NCBI GenBank assembly: GCA_018110905.1
Contig: JAGBAZ010000064.1
Coordinates: 63,249 to 95,248 of the forward strand
DNA from: Oscillospiraceae bacterium
GTDB taxonomy: Bacteria; Bacillota; Clostridia; Oscillospirales; Ruminococcaceae
DNA length: 32,000 bases
Direction of reading: 5' to 3'
The notes under the pieces were generated by a model. That model ran no database searches and had not been told where the DNA came from. It worked only from the letters and a program-made list of their open reading frames with translations. Of the stretch, positions 1-7,465 are shown one piece after another. The first letter of the stretch is position 1; each line of letters opens with the position of its first letter. The position numbers and the translations under genes were made by a program.

Positions 1-474
1 GACGAATTGCCGCTGATTCATTGGTCGGATGCGTCAATCCGTGATACTATAGAGCAATTTGTGCTCGATTACGGAAGACTGCCGACTGTGACAGATTTCA
101 AGAAAGCAGGAATGCCGCCGCATCCGATTTTTAAGCAAAAGTATAAGATGACTTTGGCGGAATGGTTGGAGAAAAATTATCCTGCTCCGAAAAGAAAGCC
201 GGATGAGCTGAAAGAAAAATACACCGAAGATTTTATTGCGGATTATTACAGAATCAAACCGAGAAGTCAGGAGGCTTTCAACAAAAACAGAAGCTGCGGA
301 ACAAAGGGTTGGCAGACTCTTGCAGGATATTACGGCGTTAAATCTTGGAGGAAACTTCTTAAAGAATTGGAGCTGCCGCTCTATTTTGATATGAAGCGCG
401 ACCATATTCCCGCAAAACTGAAAGTGAATGTTCACGTGGATAATGTTTTTATGACGACAACGGAGGAGAACTGA
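1..474 (+). CDS. hypothetical protein, 5'-truncated by the window edge
   Basis: The frame is open from base 1 to TGA at 472-474. It contains two similar helical motifs (..LPTVTDFKK..TLAEWLEK / ..GWQTLAGYYGVKSWRKLLKEL). A small coupled ORF follows 3 nt later. No family was recognised with confidence. Confidence 0.45.
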   Translation, partial: DELPLIHWSDASIRDTIEQFVLDYGRLPTVTDFKKAGMPPHPIFKQKYKMTLAEWLEKNYPAPKRKPDELKEKYTEDFIADYYRIKPRSQEAFNKNRSCGTKGWQTLAGYYGVKSWRKLLKELELPLYFDMKRDHIPAKLKVNVHVDNVFMTTTEEN

Positions 475-477
475 ATT

Positions 478-651
478 ATGGAAAAAAAGTATCGAATTGT
501 TCTTGATGACCACGAATGGCGAATCGTCATAAATGCACTCAATGATTTGAGAACTTCCCTCATAAGAGAGGGAAGATATACCGATGCAGTAGATGATGTT
601 TTAATCAAAATCATAGAAGCAAAACAGCGAAAATTTCTTTTCTGGAGGTAA
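478..651 (+). CDS. small hypothetical protein (57 aa), not in the supplied ORF track
   Basis: ATG 478 is preceded by GGAGGAG (462-468); stop TAA 649-651. Hand translation: MEKKYRIVLDDHEWRIVINALNDLRTSLIREGRYTDAVDDVLIKIIEAKQRKFLFWR. It is tightly packed between two + strand genes. Confidence 0.5.
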   Translation: MEKKYRIVLDDHEWRIVINALNDLRTSLIREGRYTDAVDDVLIKIIEAKQRKFLFWR

Positions 652-655
652 CATA

Positions 656-1027
656 ATGGAACAGACAATCCACAATGAACAAAACGGACTCGATTATACC
701 CTTTGCGGCGATTATTATCTTCCGAATCTTTTGCCGCCGCAGGACGAATATGAAATCGGAATTTACGGGAAGAGATACCTGCGATACATAAGAGAACATG
801 ATAAAATTCTTTATATAAATCTTCTTACGAGTGGGAAACTGAACGCACATTTTACGAAAATCGAAGAGCGTGCTCAAAATATAAAAGAGGCGCTCATAAA
901 ACAAATGGCGGAGCAGGAAGGCGTTAACGAGGTGCTCAAAGAGCAAAATCAAATAGAATGGGTTCGGAAAATGAACAATATACGGAACAGAGTGGAAGAA
1001 GTGGTGAGGAGAGAAATATTTAAATAA
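656..1027 (+). CDS. tnpV: TnpV-like transposon-associated protein
   Basis: ATG 656 follows GGAGG (644-648). Motifs YTLCGDYYLPNL..IGIYGKRYLRYIREHDKILYINLLTSGKL..EWVRKMNNIRNRVEEVV match my memory of the TnpV family of clostridial serine-recombinase transposons. Confidence 0.6.
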   Translation: MEQTIHNEQNGLDYTLCGDYYLPNLLPPQDEYEIGIYGKRYLRYIREHDKILYINLLTSGKLNAHFTKIEERAQNIKEALIKQMAEQEGVNEVLKEQNQIEWVRKMNNIRNRVEEVVRREIFK

Positions 1028-1033
1028 AGCAGA

Positions 1034-1062
1034 GGGCGGCAATATAATTTGCCGCCCTTTCT
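1034..1062. terminator. bidirectional rho-independent terminator between convergent genes
   Basis: Stem GGGCGGC (1034-1040) / GCCGCCC (1051-1057) followed by TTTCT. It sits between the stop at 1027 (+) and the stop at 1077 (-). Confidence 0.6.
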
Positions 1063-1076
1063 AGTGATAAAAATAA

Positions 1077-2117
1077 CTAATATTCTTCTATATTACATTG
1101 ATCAGATAAATTTGCATATTCAGAAATCAGTTTTTCAATTTCATTAAGCAAGGCTTTCTTGTTGTTAAAACTTGTTTTTTCCATAATTTTAAAGTTTAAA
1201 CTTATAAGTCTCAACATAAATCCAATATCCCAATGCATATTATCGCTAAACATTTCGAGGTATTTATTTGTTGTTTTTATGTTGTGGTCAGAAGCAAATC
1301 TAAAACCAGATATTATATCACTTATTATTTCTCTATTTGTGTTGTCAAAGGAACTTAATAACTCCTGAACTTCTTCTTGAGTTTCTTTTTCCATTATAAT
1401 ATTATTTTTTTCTGAAATAGATAAAAATTTATGAGAATTAAGTAATTCTGTTGTTTCTTTATAAAGCTCCCTATTTTCATCGTCAGATATATCCGCTCTA
1501 TTTCCATGTTTCTCTATTTTTAAAGTGTAAAAGAGAATACAAAAAATAAATACATATGGAGAAATATCTATTTTTTTATCAAGTATATCATTGATTTTTT
1601 TCTCGGATAATTTTATTTTTATACTTTGAGCGTTGTCTTCAGCATTTTTTTTATGATACCAATGATTATATTCAATCGATTCATCATCATTCTCTTCTTG
1701 CGATAATGCTTCGTTTGCATTTATTCTCGAATGCAAATATGACCTTGTAATATTTAAACGAGTTAAAAGTTCATTAATATAATCAACTAATGTTTCCGGT
1801 ATCGGAATAAGACATTCAACTGTATCGTAATTAACAAACCATAATTGTTCGTCAATCTCTTTGGAAGTACATTTTATTTTTAAAGAATTATATATGCGTT
1901 CTGCGAGTTCTGTAGAATCGTTCTCTCCAGAAATAAACTGTAAGATTGAATATAGTTCTTTGGTGTCTATAGTCTGAATGTTTCCACTTTCTAACTTTGA
2001 AATAAAAGCAGGACTCTTGTTAATGTGTTTTGCGAGAAGCTTCGACTGAATTTTATTTTGTAATCGAATATTTCTAAGCGTTTCCGCAAGCTCATTTGTG
2101 ACAATTGCGCGTGGCAT
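1077..2117 (-). CDS. XRE-family HTH regulator with a ~270-aa C-terminal domain of unknown function
   Basis: N-terminus LAETLRNIRLQNKIQSKLLAKHINKSPAFISKLESGNIQ is a classic XRE/Cro-type HTH. I moved the start to ATG 2117 (MPRAIV) because GGGAGGG lies 5 nt upstream on the minus strand (2123-2129). The gene is divergent from the cyclase operon. No HEXXH peptidase motif was seen. Confidence 0.75.
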   Translation of the reverse strand: MPRAIVTNELAETLRNIRLQNKIQSKLLAKHINKSPAFISKLESGNIQTIDTKELYSILQFISGENDSTELAERIYNSLKIKCTSKEIDEQLWFVNYDTVECLIPIPETLVDYINELLTRLNITRSYLHSRINANEALSQEENDDESIEYNHWYHKKNAEDNAQSIKIKLSEKKINDILDKKIDISPYVFIFCILFYTLKIEKHGNRADISDDENRELYKETTELLNSHKFLSISEKNNIIMEKETQEEVQELLSSFDNTNREIISDIISGFRFASDHNIKTTNKYLEMFSDNMHWDIGFMLRLISLNFKIMEKTSFNNKKALLNEIEKLISEYANLSDQCNIEEY

Positions 2118-2183
2118 AGAATCCCTCCCATACATCAATTAACAACAATGTATTATATCATTTGCAAAACATAAATTCAACCG

Positions 2184-2255
2184 TTTTACTAAAATTTATT
2201 TAGAGTAAATTATTTTACTAAATTTATTGATTATTTTAAAAATATGTGTTATAAT
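2184..2255 (+). promoter_or_regulatory. sigma-A type promoter of the cyclase operon with two operator-like direct repeats
   Basis: TTGATT (2227-2232), 17 nt, TATAAT (2250-2255) with TG at -15/-14. Direct repeats TTTTACTAAAATTTATT (2184-2200) and TTTTACTAAATTTATT (2213-2228); the second abuts and overlaps the -35. Confidence 0.5.
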
Positions 2256-2305
2256 TTCATTCGAAGAATAATCATCATAAAATTCAAAAGAAAGCGGTGT
2301 AAAAC

Positions 2306-3667
2306 ATGAGGAAAGAAAAAGGCATTCACCTTTATATCAGCATTATAAATTTTAATGACATAATTTTACAGGAAGAATCTCAAACTGGAAATGTAATACA
2401 TTCCTTACATGCATTAGATACTTTTTTTACATCTATAGAACAATACGGTAAGAAAGTATCTCCCCAAGATTTTGTGATTGAAAAAATTACCGGATCGAGA
2501 CTGCATATTTATGTTTTAGGTGAACCTGATCCCGCTTTTCATGTGGTAAAAACCATATCATCATACGCACATAATCTCTCAAAATATATAAATAGTGATA
2601 TACCAAAATACAAATCCCTTGGGGATTTTAAAATACAAATCGGAGCTGATTACGGCAAATTCTATGAATTTGAGTTTGTTTCTAATGATAAATTCACCGA
2701 ACTAACCACTATTGGTTATGTTGCGAATTTTGCTGCAAAAATACAAGCTCTTTCAAAGCCTTCAAAACTCAGTATTTCTAAAAACATATTTGACACCTTG
2801 TCCGAAGATGAACAAAAGAAATACGAAAAAATTGAAAATAAAGCTATAGAAAAATATGGCCAAAAATATTTCTATTCTATACCGTTATCATCAGTTGAAT
2901 CCCCTCTTCATATTTCGGATGAAGATTTGGAATTTGCTAAAAAATATGCAAACAGCGATAACCTTTCTGACATCGAATTTACAAAAATCCGAAAACTTCT
3001 TAATTTTCAAAATCTAAGCAAAACACAATGCAAGGAATTGTACGGAATCCCTGTTTTTGCCGATGTTCGTGGTTTTACAACTTTGTTTAAAGAGGATGAC
3101 AGTAATCTTGAAGAAATGACAGAAACAACACAAAACATTCTTAAGGCAATGTATGGTGTAAGTACTGAAAACGGTGGTATTCATGTCCAATTTCAAGGAG
3201 ACCGTGAACTTTCTCTTTATCATAATATTCCTGAAAGCAATGTTTCTGGTTCTGTACATGCGGAGAAAAAATGTTTTAAAGAAGCTGTCATTGCGTCAAT
3301 GCGAATGATTGATGCAGTAAAACCCTATAATGTGCAAATTGGTATTGGTGAAGATTTTGGCAGGTTGTTTGCAACAAAAATCGGTGCTCGAGGAGAAAAA
3401 GATAATATTCTACTTGGAGAAACCATCATTGAAGCTGATAAAATGGAAGATAAATATGCCGGAGCAGATCAAATTGCCATATCGCAAAAGGTTTATTCCG
3501 GATTAGAAATAGAAGCTCCTGAACTTGCCGAACAATTTACAAAAAAAGATGACTATTATATCATCGCAATAGGACACAAACAATATTTGAGAAATGTTTC
3601 CAGCAACCAACAAACATATAACACTTCTCATAATAGTTACAATGGTGCTTGGGGGGATTTACAATAG
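2306..3667 (+). CDS. tandem class III nucleotidyl cyclase-homology-domain protein (degenerate N-terminal half, canonical C-terminal half)
   Basis: The C-terminal half has VFADVRGFTTLF (Asp at nt 3062-3064), VQFQGDRE (Asp at 3200-3202) and IGIGEDFGRLFATKIG..LLGETIIEADKME, the class III cyclase pattern. The N-terminal half has the same scaffold (IQIGADYGKFYEF..TTIGYVANFAAKIQ), but both metal-binding Asp positions are replaced (YISIINFND, ITGSRL). Confidence 0.7.
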   Translation: MRKEKGIHLYISIINFNDIILQEESQTGNVIHSLHALDTFFTSIEQYGKKVSPQDFVIEKITGSRLHIYVLGEPDPAFHVVKTISSYAHNLSKYINSDIPKYKSLGDFKIQIGADYGKFYEFEFVSNDKFTELTTIGYVANFAAKIQALSKPSKLSISKNIFDTLSEDEQKKYEKIENKAIEKYGQKYFYSIPLSSVESPLHISDEDLEFAKKYANSDNLSDIEFTKIRKLLNFQNLSKTQCKELYGIPVFADVRGFTTLFKEDDSNLEEMTETTQNILKAMYGVSTENGGIHVQFQGDRELSLYHNIPESNVSGSVHAEKKCFKEAVIASMRMIDAVKPYNVQIGIGEDFGRLFATKIGARGEKDNILLGETIIEADKMEDKYAGADQIAISQKVYSGLEIEAPELAEQFTKKDDYYIIAIGHKQYLRNVSSNQQTYNTSHNSYNGAWGDLQ

Positions 3668-4272
3668 CTAACGAACATAACACGACACACCAGGAAACTT
3701 CATGTTCCATAGATTGGAAATCGTATTACTGTAATGTAAAAAAAGATTTTCTTGAAATGAAAAAATACTATCCTTTTTCCTCTCTAATTATTCGTCCCAC
3801 TTCAACTCAAGAACTTGCTGAAATACAAGTTATCGCAGCAAATAAAAAGTTGATTGAATTGGTATGTGGAAAAAAAGAAGATTTTGTAGGAGATTATTCA
3901 AAAGAACTTCACATTATAGTTCCTATAAATTACCAGAAAGAAGGCTGCGAAGTATATGGAGCAAAGTGGTTTGACAAAACAAAGGTCAAAAGTAAACATA
4001 TTCATATGTTCCAAAATAATAGCGAAAAATACGGATTTCAACTGTGTGTAGGTGTTCCTCAATCTTTTTCTCTAATGAATAATGTTATTCTCGAAAATGT
4101 TAAAACGGCAGAGAATATGCTTATAGCATACGAACGAATTATGGCAGGAATGTCAAAACAATTTGATATGATTGCTTATTCTCATGGAGAAAAAGGGAAA
4201 AAAGAATTTGAAAAAAACAAATCAAAATATATTCCTGAAAGGCAAAAAGATGAAGAAACGAATTTTAGCTAA
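3649..4272 (+). CDS. hypothetical protein, possible E2/UBC-like fold (candidate Cys at nt 4045-4047)
   Basis: The ORF overlaps the cyclase stop (TTG 3649); an alternative ATG is at 3757. ELHIIVPINYQKEGCEVYGAKWF followed by KHIHMFQNNSEKYGFQLCVGVP resembles the UBC strand-flap plus HPN..G.lCl catalytic loop of prokaryotic E2-like proteins. The assignment is by eye only. Confidence 0.5.
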   Translation: MGGFTIANEHNTTHQETSCSIDWKSYYCNVKKDFLEMKKYYPFSSLIIRPTSTQELAEIQVIAANKKLIELVCGKKEDFVGDYSKELHIIVPINYQKEGCEVYGAKWFDKTKVKSKHIHMFQNNSEKYGFQLCVGVPQSFSLMNNVILENVKTAENMLIAYERIMAGMSKQFDMIAYSHGEKGKKEFEKNKSKYIPERQKDEETNFS

Positions 4273-4840
4273 AATAAAAAATAATAATGTTAATCAAGAT
4301 AATTCTAACAATAACATGGTTGAGCAATACAAATTTGTTTATGAGCAAGTAAAAAGTTGGATTGAAAACGCCGACAATAAAGTTAACATCTCTTGCGCAC
4401 TATTTTTTGGAATATTTACAGTTATCACTTTCCTTTCGGAAAAATGTATTGCTGTTCCAGAAAACTCTGTAGTTAATAAGTGTTTTGAAGGAATCTATAC
4501 CTTTTGTTTTGTTGCAAGTATAGTTTCAGCTTTTATTGCTTTGTTATATTATGCTTACTCAATTTTCCCCAATCTTAGTAGTAATGAAACTGATAGCAGC
4601 CTAAAAAGGTATCCAATATTTTTCGGCGATATTGCTTCTATGAGTGCAGAAGAATATAGAAATAAAATACAGAAGGGTACGGACTCTTTATTTGCTGACG
4701 AATTAATTCTTGAAACACATATGAACTCAAAAATTTGTTTGAACAAAATGAAAAGATATAGAATAGGGTTAATATTATCCCTTATTACAGTTGTTTTCTC
4801 AATGTTAAGTTTTGGGGCACATTTTATGATGTATAGATAG
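4250..4840 (+). CDS. 3-TM membrane protein, PycTM/DUF5706-like candidate effector
   Basis: I prefer ATG 4250 (GAAAGG upstream; 23-nt overlap with the previous gene) over the track start 4172. Layout: amphipathic helix ..VKSWIENADNKVN, TM1 ISCALFFGIFTVITFL, TM2 IYTFCFVASIVSAFIALLYYAYSIF, soluble ..MSAEEYRNKIQKG..LILETHMNSKICLNKMKRYR, TM3 IGLILSLITVVFSMLSF. This matches my memory of the Pycsar TM effector family. Confidence 0.6.
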   Translation: MKKRILAKIKNNNVNQDNSNNNMVEQYKFVYEQVKSWIENADNKVNISCALFFGIFTVITFLSEKCIAVPENSVVNKCFEGIYTFCFVASIVSAFIALLYYAYSIFPNLSSNETDSSLKRYPIFFGDIASMSAEEYRNKIQKGTDSLFADELILETHMNSKICLNKMKRYRIGLILSLITVVFSMLSFGAHFMMYR

Positions 4841-4897
4841 AAATATTTAAGGAAAAATCTTTTATATCCCCCAAAATATATTATGCTTCCAGCATAG

Positions 4898-4926
4898 TTT
4901 ACAAAAACTGACATTAGTATTATAAT
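4898..4926 (+). promoter_or_regulatory. sigma-A type promoter of the TIR operon
   Basis: TTTACA (4898-4903), exactly 17 nt, TATAAT (4921-4926), located 50 nt upstream of ATG 4977. Confidence 0.6.
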
Positions 4927-4976
4927 AAAAATATCTATAACTCCCATTAAAATGTAAATTTGAGGAGGAACTTGCT

Positions 4977-7418
4977 ATGGCAGTTATGAAATGTAAAATG
5001 TGCGGGGGAGATCTTGAAATTGAGGAAGGCATGAGCGTTGCTGTCTGCGAATATTGCGGAACAAAGCAGACTGTTCCGACCCTCGATAACGAAAGAAAAA
5101 CCAGCCTTTTCGGCAGAGCCGGAAGGCTTTTGCGTGCGTGTGAATTTGACAAGGCCTCAGTGGTCTTCGGCGATATCGTTTCGGAATTTCCGGAAGAAGC
5201 CGAAGCTTATTGGGGCCTTTTGCTTTGCAAATACGGCGTTGAATACGTTGATGACCCGGCAACCGGAAAGAAAATTCCCACCTGCCACCGTCTTTCTTTC
5301 GAAAGCGTAATGGAAGACAGCGATTTTGAACAGGCTTGCGAAAATGCGGATTCCGTTGCAAGGGGAGTTTACCGCGAAGAGGCAAAATTCCTTGAAAATC
5401 TCCGCAAAAACGTAATCGAGGTTTCCAGCAAGGAAGAACCTTACGACGTTTTCATCTGCTATAAAGAAACCGATCCGAACGGCGACCGCACCATCGACAG
5501 CGTTATGGCGCAGGACGTTTATGATGCCCTTACCGAAAAAGGCCTTCGTGTTTTCTTTGCAAGAATCACCCTTGAGGATAAACTCGGAATGGAATATGAG
5601 CCTTATATTTTTGCGGCTCTCAACAGTGCAAAAGTCATGCTTGCAATCGGTACCGATTACGAGTATTTCAACGCTGTCTGGGTAAAGAACGAATGGAGCC
5701 GTTTCCTCAAGCTCATCGCAAAAGGCGAAAAGAAAGTGCTGATTCCTTGCTATAAGGATATCGACGCTTACGACATGCCGAAGGAATTCAAAAACCTTCA
5801 GGCGCAGGATATGGGTAAACTCGGATTCATGCAGGACCTTGTCCGTGGTGTTTGCAAAATTCTTGGAGTTGATGAGAAGAAAGAGGCTGTTGTTGAAAAG
5901 ACCGTTGTAAAAGAAACGGTTGTAAGCGAAAAAGTTATAAATGTTAGTACTTCAAAAGCGGAATCACTTGCAAAACGAGGTTTTATGGCTCTTGAAGATA
6001 GAGATTGGGAAAAAGCGAGAGAATATTTTAATGATTCACTTAATGAAGATGCGGAATATGCAATCGCATACCTTGGTCTTGATATGTGCACCAAATGTGT
6101 TTCGACGGATGAAAGATATGCTAGAATTCTTGATAAAAATAATAAAAATTATGTAAGAGCAAAAAAATTTGCCAAGGGAGCAGCATTAGAAAGAATTACA
6201 AAAATAGAAAAAGCAAATAGTGATTTTGTTGAAGAAAAAAGAAAAGCCGAAAAGAAGAAACAAGATGAAGAAAGAAGAAAGGCGGAAGAAAAAAATCAGA
6301 AGGAAAATATAATAAAAGCCAAGCTGAAAGAATATCTTTCTGATGCTTCTCTTTTGGGTAAATTTGAACACGATAAAAATATTGATTTAGAGATAGCTAA
6401 ACTGAGAGAAGATGCTGATTTATACAGAGACCTGTATTATTCGTTGATTAAATCAGAGGATGCAAAACGGAAATTTGATATGTCAAAAGAAAAAAACAGA
6501 CTAGAAACTCTGAAAGAAGAAAAATCCAAGCTTGGTTTCTTTGCTGGTAAGGAGAAAAAAAGACTTCAGAAAGAAATTGAAGAGACTGAAAATTTAGTGA
6601 AAGCTCTTAATTACAAAGAATCAGAAAGCAATGCACGAAAAGCTATTGCGGAAAAAGAAAAAGAAAAACAATCTCTAAAGAAAAGCACAGAAGAATTTAT
6701 TCTGTTTATGCAGCAGAATGATGTTGGAGCGGTAGTAAAAAAATATAACGATGATAGAATAAAAAAATATGAAAGCTATCTTCCAAATAAAGTCAGAGTA
6801 AATTGCTTTGACAGTATAATAATGGGAAAATATGTTGGTCAACCTATCGAATGGAAAATACTTGCCGTGGAAAATAATAAGGCATTACTTATAAGTAAAT
6901 ATGCGCTTGATGCACTTCCTTTTGATGAACGACTTTATGGAGATGTTTTTTGGGAAAATTGCAGTTTGAGGAAGTGGCTTAATAATACTTTCATTTCTTC
7001 TGCATTCACAGTAAAAGAACGCACATCAATTTTGCTAACAACAATTGATGAAACAAATCCAAGAAATTTTGGATTAATAAAAACCAACGATAGAATATTT
7101 CTTCTTAATAAAAGAGAAGCAGAAAAATATTTTTCTTCAGCAAAAGACAGAGATTGCGTAGCGACATCATATGCAAGATCTGTAATGCAATCAAAAGAAA
7201 ACTGGAGTCCATATGCCCCTAAATATTCTTCTCAAACGAGCTCTAATGGTTCGTGTTGGTGGTGGCTTAGATCAAATAATTGTGAAAGTTCTTATAGAGA
7301 TTCTTACGATTCTATTGAAATTGTACAAGGTGGATATATTGGTGATATGAGAAGTTTTCCGTCTACTTATCCAAATGGCGCAGTCCGCCCTGCTATGTGG
7401 ATAGACCTTGATGTTTGA
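4977..7418 (+). CDS. zinc-ribbon / TIR-domain protein, paralog A; C-terminal WWWLRS-motif domain
   Basis: RBS GAGGAGG 4962-4968. Zinc ribbon CKMCGG..x13..CEYCG; helical module EAEAYWGLLLCKYGVEYVDDP..PTCHR; TIR-like DVFICYKETD..ALNSAKVMLAIGT..AVWVKNEWSRF (Glu codon 239, nt 5691-5693). Then a K/E-rich coiled coil. The C-terminus has IEWKILAVENNKALLISKYAL..SLRKWLNN..CWWWLRS..VRPAMWIDL, which I believe is the family named DUF6273. Confidence 0.85.
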   Translation: MAVMKCKMCGGDLEIEEGMSVAVCEYCGTKQTVPTLDNERKTSLFGRAGRLLRACEFDKASVVFGDIVSEFPEEAEAYWGLLLCKYGVEYVDDPATGKKIPTCHRLSFESVMEDSDFEQACENADSVARGVYREEAKFLENLRKNVIEVSSKEEPYDVFICYKETDPNGDRTIDSVMAQDVYDALTEKGLRVFFARITLEDKLGMEYEPYIFAALNSAKVMLAIGTDYEYFNAVWVKNEWSRFLKLIAKGEKKVLIPCYKDIDAYDMPKEFKNLQAQDMGKLGFMQDLVRGVCKILGVDEKKEAVVEKTVVKETVVSEKVINVSTSKAESLAKRGFMALEDRDWEKAREYFNDSLNEDAEYAIAYLGLDMCTKCVSTDERYARILDKNNKNYVRAKKFAKGAALERITKIEKANSDFVEEKRKAEKKKQDEERRKAEEKNQKENIIKAKLKEYLSDASLLGKFEHDKNIDLEIAKLREDADLYRDLYYSLIKSEDAKRKFDMSKEKNRLETLKEEKSKLGFFAGKEKKRLQKEIEETENLVKALNYKESESNARKAIAEKEKEKQSLKKSTEEFILFMQQNDVGAVVKKYNDDRIKKYESYLPNKVRVNCFDSIIMGKYVGQPIEWKILAVENNKALLISKYALDALPFDERLYGDVFWENCSLRKWLNNTFISSAFTVKERTSILLTTIDETNPRNFGLIKTNDRIFLLNKREAEKYFSSAKDRDCVATSYARSVMQSKENWSPYAPKYSSQTSSNGSCWWWLRSNNCESSYRDSYDSIEIVQGGYIGDMRSFPSTYPNGAVRPAMWIDLDV

Positions 7419-7465
7419 ACCGAATAAATGTTTCTGAATTTTAACGATTGAATAGAGGTAATAAT

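Noticed and set aside
34-1042. Minus-strand track ORFs 34-513, 432-668 and 611-1042.
   Set aside because: They are antisense to three tightly coupled + strand genes with RBSs, and their translations are featureless.
3994-4050. The HIH motif (KHIHMF) of the 207-aa protein as a JAB/MPN metalloprotease signature.
   Set aside because: The spacing to the following Ser is wrong and the downstream Asp of the H-x-H-x7-S-x2-D JAMM motif is missing. The surrounding pattern fits a UBC-like loop better.
4172-4249. Track start at 4172 for the TM protein (100-nt overlap with the previous gene), and the TTG/GTG track starts at 7448, 10025, 28358, 29076, 30131, 22173, 24689 and 2138.
   Set aside because: In each case an internal ATG with a well-spaced Shine-Dalgarno gives the conserved N-terminus (for example [10 protein letters not shown] for S2). 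The upstream extensions are just read-through of intergenic sequence.
6180-6700. Purine-rich repetitive stretches (AAAGAAGAA-type) at about 6180-6700, 11750-11830, 12900-13100, 14330-14450 and 17330-17400 that could be mistaken for tandem repeats or a CRISPR array.
   Set aside because: They are in frame and encode K/E-rich coiled-coil segments of the TIR proteins. There are no regularly spaced identical repeats or spacers.
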